From Camelus ferus (lineage: Eukaryota), in NCBI RefSeq assembly GCF_009834535.1, contig NC_045696.1, forward strand, positions 96,970,001 through 97,034,000: DNA of 64,000 nucleotides, read 5' to 3'. Numbering within the stretch: the stretch's first letter is position 1; each line of letters begins with the position of its first letter. The notes beneath the pieces are model-generated. The model was not told the origin of the DNA and did not search any database. It worked only from the letters and a program-made list of their open reading frames with translations. A program made the translations under genes and the position numbers. Shown one piece after another: positions 39,063 to 52,040 of this stretch.

Positions 39063-39602
39063 GCATCTTAAATAAATGCATGAGAGTACCCACTTGAACA
39101 ACTGACGTTCCAAGTATTTTCTTCTCTGTCAAAGAATCTGGAGGTCCTCCTAGGGCTTCCCTCTGGCTCAGCCCTCAAGAATTACATAAACTTTTTGAGG
39201 GCCAACTTGTTGGTTTGTTCTTTTTGCAGGCTCTGGAGTGAAATGATTTCTGAGTTCCTACCTGGTAGTTTCTTAACCTAAGATCAGGCGTCTCTTCCTC
39301 ATTCCACATACAAACAAGGCTCAGGCTGCCACCTGTCTGTGCCAAGCTGGCTTGTTATTTTACAGGCGAGATACCAGTTCTCATGCACCCTGCCCTGCCC
39401 TGCATGGCTGTCTTTAAAGAGGCAGGATTTCCACCCTGCTACATCAGAGGAGAAAGAACTCAAAACCTGTGGCATTGTTAAACTGTCATTAATGCACGAG
39501 AATGTTACCTACTTATTTTAAGCAGAGAAACATTCAAAGTTATTATTTTTTTTAAAAAAACCTCACTGTATAATACTCAAAACTGTATTTTCGTTCTTTC
39601 AG

Positions 39603-39645
39603 GTACAATTTTGAAATGTATTTAATATGTGAACTTGAGTCTAAG
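39603..39645 (+). other. Candidate 43-nt internal exon of an unidentified transcript
   Basis: Acceptor 'tattttcgttctttcag|G' and consensus donor 'AAG|gtaagt' in non-repetitive sequence. Confidence 0.4.
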
Positions 39646-40799
39646 GTAAGTAAATCTTGGCCTGAATCCACAGATCACTTCTTAAAACTATTCTTCTTTC
39701 TTCTATGTTTTCTTTCAACCCCCCCTTGTCCCAACCACATCTTTCTTTCCCCTATTCCCTTCTCAATAACTATAGATCCTTCTCTCTAAAAGTTCCCAAA
39801 TCATAGCCTCCCTTCTTATACTCTCTTTCCAAACCACAGCCCCTGGCCCTTTCTTTCTAGTTACCTCATCCCCCAAACCTTAGACCTCCTTTTCAAAACT
39901 TCTCTTTAAACTCATTTCCCAAACACCGTCTCTTTCCCAAAATCCATTTCCCTAAGCTACAGTCCACTCCCTGAAACAAAAGGAACACATGTACTGTCAT
40001 TCACCAGCAGGGCTGGGACTGATTCTGGGAGAGGGGTATCAGGGTGTTATGACCTGTGGAGGCTGTGGAGAAAGGTGAGGAGGTTGCTATGGACAGAGAC
40101 GTGAGAACCATGATTTAGTGCCCCCTGGATAAGTCCTGGGCTGTGGGCAGCTCCCTTCACTTGGCTGGGGTTTGATTTTTCTCATCTGGCATGTACTCAA
40201 CCTCTGGCTCAGAGGAGGCTCTCAGCAATATTATTTATTCGCTTGATTAAGTGGTCGGATGAAGGGCTAGCATGAGGTGACCTCCCACCTCCTTTCAGCT
40301 CTTTGTAAAATGCTAATACCCATGTAGTCAAGATGAAGAGGATCAGGGACTTTGGAAGTCTGAATTTCCTGACCAGTTACCTCCATTTCATTCTTCACTT
40401 TGCTTGTGCAGATAAAGTCTTTTTTTTGTCAAGGAGAAAAATAATTAGAATTTTACTGGGGAGAGATATAAGACAGTTTCTTTCCTTTAGGACTCCAAAC
40501 TCCTTGACTGTCTATCTGTCAGTGGGCTACTAATGAAAATAGCTTTGGTTCCATGGGAAATAACTATGAGGACAATGAAATCCAGGGATGTGAACTAGGA
40601 GCACAGGATGTCCAGCCAGGATCGTTCTAAATCACTCAAAAGGCACCAATGAAAGGGAAATGCCTTTGTTAATATATGTTTGTTGATTGATTAAACTGGA
40701 TATACCTCTAATGAAGATATCTTTTAGTTCTAAGCTTATATTCCAGGGACCAAATGTAAATGGACATGCTGGTTTCAATGAACAAGTAACCCCTTCCAA

Positions 40800-42130
40800 A
40801 AGTTCTAAAAAATTTTAAAAGTCAAGATGGATCATAGATAGAAATGTAAAAAGTTAAACTATACTTTTAGAAGAAACCAGAAAAGAAGATTTTATTACCT
40901 TGGGTTAGGCAAAGACTTCTGAGATAAAACACCAAAAGCATGATCCACAGAAGAAAAAAATTGATATATTGTTCTTCAAGAAAATGTAAAACTTTGCTCT
41001 GTAAAAGACACATTAAAGGTGATATCACTTATGTGTGGAATATACAAAAATAAAACAAGCATTAATATAGCAAAAAGGAAACAGACTCACAGAAGTAGAG
41101 AACAAACTAATGCTTACCAGTTGGGAGAGAGGAGGGGGGCAGGGTAGGGGTAGGAGATTAAGAAGTACAAACTATTATGTGTAAAATAAATAAGCTACAT
41201 AGATATGTTGACAGCATAGGGAATAGATATTTTACAATAACTATCTCAAAAAAGACACACTAAAGAGAATGAAAAGACAAGTTACAGACTGGGACAAAAT
41301 TTTTAGAAATCACATATCCATCAAAGAACTAGTATTCAGAATATATAAAAAAGCTTTTAAATTTAACAATAAGAAAGCAAACATTGCCAGTAAAATGAGG
41401 CAAAAGATTTGAGCCCATACCTCACCAAAAAAAGATATATAGAAAGCAAATGAGTACATGAAAATATGCTCAAAAGTATGTTAGTCATTAGAGAAACATA
41501 AATTAAAGCCACAAGATACTGCTACACACTTATTAGAATGGCTAAGAATAAAAACGAAATTGATACTTCCAAGTGCTGACAATGATGTGGACGAACTGGA
41601 ACTTTCAGACATTGCTGCTAGGAAAGTAAAATGGTATAGCCATACTGGAAAACAATTTGGCAATTTCTTACGAAATAAAAGTACACAAACCATATGACTA
41701 AGAGTCCCACTCCTAGGTATTTTTACCCTAGAGAAATGCAACTCAAGTTCACACAAAAACCTATATTCAAATATTTATAGAAACACTATGATTGCCAACA
41801 ACTGGAAACTACAGTTTCAATGATTTTCAAATACATCCTGCTAAGTGAAAGAAGCCGGAACCAAAACGTTACAAAATATGTAATTCAATTTATATGACAT
41901 TCTGGAAGAGCCGAAACTATAGTAGACATTTGCAAGAGCCTCAGAGTTGGATGATTCTTCCAAAGGGGAAGAATTAGGGACATAGGGATATTTTTGAGGG
42001 TGAGGAAATTGTTCTGTATCCTGACTGTGGTAATAGTTACATGACTTTATGCATTTGTTAAAACTTACAGAACTCTGCACACACACAAAAGAGGGAGTGT
42101 TCATTTATTGTAATGCAAACTGAAAAAAAA
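40800..42130 (+). mobile_element. Old L1M (MB/MC-like) 3' fragment, interrupted by a younger L1 piece
   Basis: 'ccttgggttaggcaaagacttctgagataaaacaccaaaagcatgatcca', 'gagaatgaaaagacaagttacagactgggacaaaat', 'cccactcctaggtatttttaccctagagaaatg'. Confidence 0.9.
41019..41249 (+). mobile_element. Younger L1 3'UTR fragment nested in older L1, with 16-bp TSD
   Basis: TSD aaaagacacattaaag (41003-41018) / aaaagacacactaaag (41250-41265). Body resembles the L1 at ~10500-10730. Confidence 0.88.
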
Positions 42131-43818
42131 GTTCTGCAAGTAATAAAGGTGAAAAAAATTATTGTCAGGAACTACATTCAGCTAGTCATGAGGCTTTAAT
42201 TTTTACCCAAAATAATCCTGTTTTTGGTCTTCAACTAATAGCACAATGAATATAAATGAACATTTGACGTACTATATACTATATTGACATAGCAGCTGAG
42301 GTGACCCTTAAAGACATTCCCAAACAAGAGGCAGCTGTATCCCCCTGCCTTTCCCAGTGAAGCTATCTGGCACTCAAGATCCTGTGACCTTGGGAGAATT
42401 ATGACTGCCCAGCCAAACAAAGCATTGATAACACCACACCCTGCACTTTTCACCTGAGCAAATGTCCCCAAGAGTTCATGCGCGTCATCTGCCTCGGTGA
42501 GTATGCTGGCCTGAATGCAGAGTCCACAGGAAGCTTCCACAACCTCCTGGCCAAACCTTCCCTGGCCTTGCCGCACGGATTAGCCCCTACCGTGATGACA
42601 GGTGAGACCCAGCCCGGGTGCTGCCCCTGGGCTGGGCTTACCTGGGACAAGCCGGATTTAGTGCTCCGTTTCTTTCCTTCACAAAGCCTATCTGTAACTC
42701 CGTGACCATTCATTGTTTAGAAATTAAAGGTCTGCTTGAGAGTCTTTTGTGCCCCTGCCAAGCCCATGCCAGGCTATTGCTACTGATGTTCCCCTGCCCC
42801 CTCAAGGCTTCATTCTGAGGCCCTAGGGAAGTGACAGAGAACTTCAGTGCTCACATCCCACACTTAACCTCTTTAGATCTTTGATGACCACCCTCCTGAA
42901 ATATCATCAAAGCCCCAGGGGGACATCTTAGAGTCCTGGCTGCCCAGGAGAGCTTTTCTGTTTTGATAGTCTTCCAAAGTTTATGGTATGAAGTATTCGT
43001 GCTCCATTGGAGTCTGTCATATGTCTGGATAATGAATACGTCTCAAAAAATGTAACTAACAGAAGTTCCAGTTGCACTTCCAAGGCTAACAGAATTGTGT
43101 TCTCTCTCTCTCTTCCCTCTCTTTCCCCTCAACTGCCACAGCAAATATTAAAAGCGGACATGCCAAACTTGCTATCCTGCAGAAATTACCAGGGGTCCTG
43201 GCCTGGAGGAGAATCTAATGCAAGAAGACAGGATGAACGGGGAAGCCTAGAAAGACTTAAAGTTGGCAGGAAAAAATTCACAGCTAATTTGGGGGCTAAA
43301 CAGGAAAGCAGTTCAGCAAAACGTGGACAGCATTTCCCCAGCGCTACAGCAGAGGAAGGGGCCTGCAGATACGTGAGGGGAGCTGCCCTGGCCACCTCAG
43401 CCTTCCTCTCTTAGGCGCAGCGTTCAGCAACAACCAAAACACCCACCAGGAAGAGGGCCAGTCCCTGCCCCAGGACGCACGTAGCTTCACTCTGTTCATA
43501 CCAGGTCTCCAGCAACACCAGGGCTCACTGTTAATTTTTAAAATTTTTATTTGGATTGCTCATGATTCCCTTTTGCTACTTTTATCAGCTTTGTGCCCTG
43601 AAATTTCCCTTTGCCTGGCATGGACTCCCTCTGCCACAGCTGACAGAGAACTAACGTGGCCTTTCTCTCAGGAGTGGGACGGGAGCCAGCCGTCTGAGGT
43701 CGTATTGACTTCTTCCTGAGCTAATCATTCTATTGATTTTTAAACACTTGCTTTCTAAATGAAATGTAATCCTTATGTTTTTCTATCTCATTTACACTTG
43801 ATTTAAGAAAGCCCTCCT

Positions 43819-44346
43819 TTACAATAGTCAAGATATGGAAGCAACCCAAGTTGTCCATCAACAGATGAATAGCTAAGAAGATATGGTGTATATATATATA
43901 TAAAATGGAATATCACTCAATCATGTAAGAATGAAAATTTACCATTAGCAACAACATGGACGAACCTGGAGGGTGTTAGGCTTAATGAAATAAGTCAGAC
44001 AGAGAACGGCACATACTGTATGATACAACTTATATGTGGAAACTAAAAAACACAACAAACTAGTGAATATAGCAAAAAAGAAACAGACTTAAAGATATAG
44101 AAAACCAATTAGTGGTTACCAGTGGGGAAGGAGGGGGTGGTCAAGACAGGGGTAGGCTGTTAAGAGGTACAAACTACTATGTATAAAATAAATAAGCTAC
44201 AAGGATATACTGTACAGCACAGGGAATATTGCCAATATTTTATAATAACTATGAATGGAGTATAACCTTTAAAAATTGTGAATCATTATGTTGTACACTT
44301 GAAACTTATATAATATTGTAAAACATCCATACCTCAATTAAAAAAT
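43819..44346 (+). mobile_element. L1 3' end
   Basis: 'caagatatggaagcaacccaag...ccatcaacagatgaat', 'tactgtacagcacagggaatattgccaatat', end 'acctcaattaaaaaa'. Confidence 0.93.
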
Positions 44347-44435
44347 ATCCCTTCTCTGCACGCAGTTCTGGGAGCTGCCACCAGAAAGTATAGCATAGCA
44401 TATGTGCCTCATCTTTTCTAAAGTACGAACAATTT

Positions 44436-44607
44436 TTTTTCACTTTATCTTTTTAATTTTGTTTTTTTTGTTGTTGACGTGTAGTTGATTTACAATGTTA
44501 GTTTCAGGGGTTTAGCAAAGCAATTCAGTTATACATGTAGATACATATATTTTCAGATTCTTTTCCATTATAGCTTATTACAGGAAATTGAATATAGGTT
44601 CCCTGTG
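44436..44607 (-). mobile_element. Short L1 3' end with TSD
   Basis: Antisense 'gtagttgatttacaatgttagtttcagg...tgaatataggttccctgtgct'. TSD ctaaagtacgaacaattt (44418-44435) / ctaaaatatgaacaattt (44608-44625). Confidence 0.88.
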
Positions 44608-44868
44608 CTAAAATATGAACAATTTTTTAAAATGATACTACAACCTTGTTGTTTTTCTTTGTTTTTTACCAATAAAAAATGTTGTATTAAAAAAAAAAAC
44701 CTCTTTTCTAAAGAGTCACATGAATCACGTGATGTCCAAATTGCCTTCTAGGGCGTATGGAAGGCTTCCCCTGGAAGACATTTCACGTGCTTTTTCATGA
44801 GCCTCTGGAAGTCTTCTGTTTCCGAAGTGGGAAGCAATGTTTTCTCACTTAAAATTGAAAATCCAATT

Positions 44869-44871
<3 letters not shown>

Positions 44872-44911
<40 letters not shown>
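44872..44911. repeat. (AC)n microsatellite, about 20 units
   Basis: Directly visible. Confidence 0.97.
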
Positions 44912-44912
<1 letters not shown>

Positions 44913-46224
44913 CTTGCAATTTAGGTGAATGCCAAGAAAGTTTAGCTCTGAATTTTCAGCTAACGCCTTTTCTCACTCAAGTATGTGAAAGCATTGAAAT
45001 TTTAGAATCTAGAAGGAGTCTGCGGTGTACACTGACCATTCATTTCTCTAGCATCAATAACCTCTGACCGTAGCTAGTCACATCACCAGGAAGCCACACA
45101 GTTGAATTCTGTTCCTTGCAGCAGCGCTGAAGTCATGGGCTCTGGGTCAAACACCCTGCATTTGAATCCTATCTTTAGTCTCTTAAGTTGTGGTAAATTT
45201 TAAATGAGTTAAAACAGGGAAAGCACTTTGTGCAATGCCTGGCTGTCACCAATGAGTCCGCATTAGCTGTCACCTCCAGGCTTTGGCACACTGCTCTCGG
45301 CACTTATTGGGAACAATATAAGAAATTGTTTTATCACAGGAAGACATTTCTGCAATTATTGTAAAACTGCTTTTGAAGATACCATTCATTTTGCCTTTCG
45401 ATGTCCTTTCTGGAAAATAATTCATATGAGATCATTCAAGAGAGAAAAACAAATTTAGTTCTCCTGATGAACTAGCAGGCTCCTTTAATAGGTAAATGCA
45501 GATGAATGGCTGAGTTTTAATTCTTATTTTACTTTTTGCTTTGGTTGCCAGGAAGTCAGGGTTCATATTCAGTTGCAATAACAATCCTGAGTTTAGTAAT
45601 AATAATAGCTAAATAACTTATTTAAAAAAGGCTAAAGTTTGAGTGTTTTTGAGTATCATTGTCTGGTTACTTGTACCAGCTCCAAGATAAAAATGAAAGG
45701 AGGGCTACAACTGCTAATAAATATACCTGAAATTAATAGGGTCTTTTTAAACCATTGCTCTTTTTCTGTCCCAACTATGACCTATATTATGTCCTCCTGA
45801 TGTATACTGGATGAAAGTATAGTCTAACGTTACAGGTTTCAGCAGCTGTTAAAATTACACAGTAATTGTCCATTCATACTGTAGAGTTGCACCATGGTGA
45901 ATTTGCTCCTAGTGTATAAGGAAGAAATTCAACATTCAGGCAGTAATGAGTACTCATGAAATCAGATACACACACACAAAATATTCTGATCGCCTCTTCC
46001 TTTTTCTGCTTATACTCCAGTGCTATTTAAAATATATAGCCTATGCTTTCTGGGAAAGTTCCTGATTCTCTGCTTCCTCACGAACATGCACATGAGTACA
46101 AAGCCGACGAACGGCCAGGATCCACAGCGGTGCCCCAGTAGTTACTAGTTACTCCACACACCCCAGACCAGAGGACAGCCAAGGAGGGCCCAAATTGGGA
46201 TTATAGTTCCTGGAGATTCCAGAT

Positions 46225-46352
46225 AGGCTTTATTTATAACTTATTGTCTGAACTGGGATATCTTTGAGAATGAAAGGGGGCACAATTAATAGTTTTGCTG
46301 GCACCTTAGGGGTAAACATATTGTAAATAAACCAAGATGTATGATCACTGAA
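46225..46352 (+). mobile_element. MER94-like hAT-Blackjack element
   Basis: 'tataacttattgtctgaactgggatatctttgagaatgaaagggggcacaattaata...gtatgatcact'. Confidence 0.65.
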
Positions 46353-46480
46353 CTTAACAGGATTGGATCAGTAGGAACCCTCCCACAATGGCTCCTGGGG
46401 CACTGAGTCAAATTATGTCTGTACCTCCCTTTCCTCACTGGTGACTTAAATTTCATCGATACTGACTCATTCCTTGGGAT

Positions 46481-46685
46481 TAGAGGTTCTCAGTCAGGGG
46501 ACATTTGCTAATGTCATGATATTTCTCCCTGTCACAACCTGGGGGCGGGGGGTTGCTGCTACTGGCATCTAGTGGATAGAGGCCAGGTTGCTGCTAGAAA
46601 CGTTCTGCACTGCACAGAATAGGCTCTCACGGCAAAGAATTTTCCAGCCCCAAATGTCAATGTTACTGAGGTTGAGAAGTCCTAC
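46481..46685 (+). mobile_element. MER20 hAT-Charlie DNA transposon
   Basis: 'ggggacatttgctaatgtc...gtcacaac...tgctactggcatctagtggatagaggccagg...ccagccccaaatgtcaatgttactgaggttgagaa'. Confidence 0.88.
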
Positions 46686-46737
46686 TTTGGATTAAACACT
46701 TTCTGTCCTCTGGCTCCCATTTGAAGATACCTGAGGG

Positions 46738-47806
46738 TCAAGAGAATGAAAAGACAAACTGGGAGGAAATATTTGCCAAAACACAACTGATAGAGGATTG
46801 TTATCCAAAATATATCCCCCCTCCCCCCAAAAAACCCCTCAACAATAAGAAAACAAACAACCTGATTAAAAAATGAGTTAAAAACCTGAATGCACACCTC
46901 ACCAAAGAAGATACACAGATGACAAGTACAGGATCATATGTCAATAGGGAATTGCAAATTAAAACAATAAGATACCACCACACACCTATTAAATTGCAAA
47001 AATCCAAAACACTGACAACATGATATACTAGTGAGGATGTGGAGCAACAGGAATTCTTCATTGCTGGTGGGAAAGCAAAATGGTACGGATACTTTGGAAG
47101 ACAGTTTGGCAATTTTTACAAAACAAACATACTCTTACCATACAATCCAGCAATCATGCTCCTTGGTATTTACCCAAGTGAGCTGAAAACTTCAGTTCAC
47201 ACAAAAAAACTTGCCCATAAATGTATATTTAGTTTTGTTCGTAATTGCCAAAACTTGGAAGAAACTGAGATATCTTTCAGTAAGTGAATGAATAAATAAT
47301 AGACTGGTACATCTACACACTAGAATATCATTCAGCAGTAAAGAGAAATGAATTATCAAGCCACAAAGAGCCATGGGAAAACCTTAAATGCATGTTACCA
47401 AGTGAAAGAAGTCAGTCTGAAATGATTACACATTATATCATTGCAACTACATGACATTCTTTCAAGGGTGAAATTTTGGAGACAGTAAAAGGTTTAGCGG
47501 TTGCCAGAGCTAGGGAGGAGAGAGAGGTGAATAGGCAGTGGTGGACACAGATATATGTAATCTCTCATTTGTCAAACCCATTGACTGTACAATACCAAGA
47601 GTGAGCCCTAGTGTAAACTATGCACTTTGGGTGATAATAATGTGTCAATGTGTGTGTGTGTGAATGTACCACTCAGATGGGAGATGTTGCTAATGGGGGA
47701 GGTTCACGTAAGTGGGGGCAGGGGTATATGGGAAATCTCTGTACCTTCTGCTCAATATTGCTGTGAACCTAAAACTGCTCTCAAAAGTAAAGTCTATAAA
47801 AAAGAT
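46738..47806 (+). mobile_element. L1MC-like 3' fragment
   Basis: 'gaggatgtggagcaacaggaattcttcattgctggtggg', 'accatacaatccagcaatcatgctccttggtatttaccca', end 'gaaatctctgtaccttctgctcaatattgctgtgaacctaaaactgctctcaaaagtaaagtcta'. Confidence 0.93.
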
Positions 47807-50762
47807 ACGTGAAGGGAAACACATTAAGTCCCTCATACTTTGTATTAATGCTTTTATCAAATGGTAAGAGAAAATGACAGGTTTTAAAGGCGATACCAAG
47901 GTCAAAACATTACCAGCTTTAGACTTTTGTCTGCACTGACTCTTTCATAGTGGACTGGGAGGTGGTCAGGAGGTGAGGGGGGTGACTGCAATTCCTGGTG
48001 CTTTCAGAGAAGTTAGCACAACCATTCATTCATTTTATAATCTGCCATGACATTGTGGCCTAATCTAATCTAAAACCAAAGCCAGATGATAAGAAGAACT
48101 GGGCTAAGGTCATTTACCACAGTTATTTGGGTTTGCTAGAGGACTTGCTCTCCTCTTTGGTCTGTGGGTTTGGAAAGTTGGCTTTCTGAGCCCCTCTTCC
48201 CGGATATCCTCTGCAAATGTACTTCTCCTCGCCTTGATGACATGTGCATTGGAGGAGTTTCTGGATTTGACATTTAATAGCCTCTAACGATTTGTGAAGG
48301 AAATTAGACAGTGTTGCCAAAAGCATCAGAGAACTAATGGTGCAGCAGTCTGAACAGAAGGGTAAGAGTACCATGGAGAGAGGGTTAAGGAATTGAGAAA
48401 CAGAGAAGGAACTGAAATGTCCTCCTGGTTAAGGAAATCTAAGTCCGAGTGAAGAACACAGAGGCTGTGTCTTCCAGTTCCCTGGTAGCTGTGTTAAACT
48501 ACCTCTTGCATTACTTTGAAGAATTACTATTTTACTGTAGAGAAGCCACATCACACTGTCCACATGGGTCACACTTCCCTCTATGAAACCTGGCCCCAGG
48601 TTCCCAGACACCGAGTGTTTGAATGAAGAACAGGAAAACTTTAATTTGTATGTTGGGATTAACAATTCACATTTTCTGCATGACGCCCTACACATACCCC
48701 ACCACCTTCTTTTCTTAAATCATGTGGATGTTATGCAGTTTCAAGTAGTTTTTGAAATAGGAAGTTTGGGATGGAAGGGTTCCTTTTGGAAAATAATTTG
48801 CCTGTACCAACAAGATTGCAAATTGGCATGTAATAGAAATTTATTGAGGGTTAGAGGTGTGTCTTTTACAACCGTGTAGCCCCACAGAAGCTAGCACAGA
48901 GGTCTGTATATTGTCAGGACTTAAATATTTCTTGAATCAATGCACAAAGGAATTAATCCCAAATTTTGGTGAAGTTGAAGTGATCCTGAGTGATCAGCAT
49001 GCTTTCCCATCTGGAATGAGGTAAACGGACACATGCACATGAAGGATTCCTTCTTCCTGGACTTGCTTTTAATATAGGAACGACGGGGTCAGCCCTTCAT
49101 TCCAGAGGATCCATGGGGAATTGGCACTCACAAGCCAAGTTCCCAATTTAATGCTCCCAAACAGTCTGACGTGGACAAACTGGGTAAGGACAGGCATGCA
49201 TTATTTATCAAGGACCTTCAGCAATCAAGCCAGGCATTCAGAATAGTCCTGGTTCAGTAACCACAGAGGCAAGGCAGTGCAGGAGATTCACACAAAACAA
49301 AATATGAAGAGATCAAACTCATTTTTTCTGAGAATTTATATACCCAAATTGACATACAGGTCTGATTAGACACAAAGCCATTCTCTTCCCTGTAAACTCA
49401 GAAACTATAAGGCTAAACCAAAAGACTTTCTCACTTTAATGGCTGGATAAAGGGAGAGTTTCTGAAAGGTGAGGGGATAGAATGAAAATACAACACAGGT
49501 ACTGTTAGAGAATTTACAGCATGAAACAGTGGTTCATTTTCCCCTTTGACTTGTGTAGCCTGTGACTGATGATGGGTCAGTGACTAAACAAGTACAGAAC
49601 CTGTGTAAGGAAATGAGGATTAGTTCTTATCAACAGGGGTAATCATATTACTTGAACAGTAGTTAAGTGTGCTGTGTGTTGGCACAACTCTAATGGAAAG
49701 TACTATTTCTACACTGTGGACCTTGGGATTGCTTTGAGCACATTCACTACCTGGAACAAGACTTTGGCCCTCTTCATCGCACACATATTTAGTGGGAATA
49801 CCCTGCACCACGCACTGGGTACTGGAGATAAAAAAAAAAAAAAAAACAAAGTATGGAGCAACTCCCTCGCAGAAGGAGGAGTTTGCGATGCCAACACAGC
49901 CTAAGGGGAGGTAAGAAATTCAATCCTACAATGGCTTTTTTTTTTGTCCCTGAAAGGATAACACATATGTTGGTTGGTCTGATTTCCTGCCCCCACCCCT
50001 GACCTCACTCCACCACAGCCTCTTTGAATAGATGTGTGATTCAGACGTGATGGTGTCATGGTTTCCAATGTGACGATATTTTTTAAAGTTCCCTAAGTGA
50101 TATAAGCCACAAGGCTCAAGTTTGCTGTTAAGTCCTTACGTTGGAAACTACAATTTCACATACATTTTTCTTGATAGGTTTTGATTATTTAATTAAGTAT
50201 AGCAGTATTTAATAGCTACACAGTATTTATAATACCTCCTAATTGAGTCTCACATAAAATTTTAAATTAAATCTTAACATTTTGACTGAGTTGAAATATT
50301 ATGTATTGAGAGAGAGCACTGATTTGTTTAGCAAGCACTGTCAAATAGATTGTCTTATTTACTCTCAATATCACTTAATTGTTGGTTTTACTTCTTTCTA
50401 TTTGAGTTATATTGTAAAATAACTGTTTTCTATCTTAGAAGTAACACATACAGCCAAAAGCTTGGAAAGCAAAGAAAAACTCAAAAGAAGCAGGTATATA
50501 TAAGTCACCTTAAATACTGTCACAGTCTCTGATGTTTGGTGAGGACTTGTGATGTTTTTGTTCATGTCTATTAATTGTATACTGCTTAATAAAAATTAGA
50601 TACATTATACCCACAGCTTTGCACTTGTTAAAAAGATTCTGTTGAATGGTTGGACAGCATCAAAGCCTGTCATTCTTAAATTGCTGCATGCTGCCTTGCC
50701 ATGGTCCAGTGGAAATCTGGCCACTCAAGCCAGGGTTTTATCCAGATCAAGAAGCATTCTCA

Positions 50763-50968
50763 CAGATAAACAAGATTAGACTGTATAGCACAGGGAAATA
50801 TATACAAGATCTTATGGTAGCTCACAGAGAAAAAAATGTGACAATGAATTATATATATATGTTCGTGCATAACTGAAAAATTGTGCTCTACATTGAAATT
50901 TGACACATTGTAAAATGATTATAAATCAATGAAAATGTTGAAAAAAACAGTAAAAAAAAAAAAAAAAA
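50763..50968 (+). mobile_element. Young lineage-specific L1 3' end with long poly(A) and 14-bp TSD
   Basis: 'ctgtatagcacagggaaatatatacaagatcttatggtagctcac'. TSD aagaagcattctca (50749-50762) / aagaatcattctca (50969-50982). Confidence 0.92.
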
Positions 50969-52040
50969 AAGAATCATTCTCATTGAAAGGTCCTCCCCTT
51001 AGGAATGTGGAGCTGATGATGCCAAGTGTGTCCTTGACCTTCTGGGCAGGATGGAGGGCTCTTCTATTTTCTCAGGCTTCTGAATGATAAGGGTGATCAA
51101 ACAGCAAGATTTAAGATTTATTACTTGTGAATCTAGTTGCAGTTTTTAGACCTTTCATTCGTGCCCCATCCCTATAACCAGTTGCCGCTTTATTTTAGAA
51201 ACTCACCAACTGAAAACAATACCAATCAACTAAACCCAAAAGGCTTTGGTTTGCCCCCTATTTACCATTCTGAATCAGTTTCTTTTCTCTTCTGTTGTTT
51301 TTCTTCCTGTGCCGTTGCTATTACAGTGATCAATAGCAATATTTTAAATTTGCTGAGCACTTTATTTCTGTAAAATGCATCTAAAACATGTTCATTAGTT
51401 GTTAAAAATACGTAAAGCAGATGGAAAATTTACCTCGAAATCTGATTGCAATTGTTCATGAATGGATGTATATATCTATAATTATCAGTTTTATATGCCT
51501 AGTCTTTAAGAATGCAAACCCAGTTTTTAAACATTTTTTTCTCAGATGTATCAGTTAGTAATTCCTGAGGTTATCGGCAAGGTGATTTGGCACCTTGCTG
51601 CACTCTAGAGTCTAGGTTTTAGATGTTTTAGAGAAGCCTAGATAACTGAAAACAATAAATTCTTTTCAAATCATAAAATAATAATAACTTTAATAATAAT
51701 TATTATTATATCAACAGTTACTGCATTCGTACCAGGCCTGTTCTACCTAAACACTTTTCTTTTTTCTTATTTCATTAACTTCTCAAAACCACTCTGAAAT
51801 ACAGATACTCTTGTAAGCCCCATTACTGCAGATGAGGAAAATATAAGTGAGAAGTTCTTAAAAGCCTAGTTTTGGACAATTTTACACTAACTTTCTCCTC
51901 TAGGAAACTCAGTATGAATCTCAACGCTAATTGCTCTCCTCTCAAAGTTAACAATGGTGCTATCAATGGCAACATGAGTCATCATTCACTGAATGTCTAT
52001 CATGAGGAAGGTCCCGTATAAACATCATTCCGGATCCTCA

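Noticed and set aside
48300..48370. Isolated + strand donor AGG|gtaaga (also lone donors near 12207 and 42496, and an acceptor near 53567)
   Set aside because: Unpaired splice-like motifs are expected by chance; all three frames after 53567 stop quickly.
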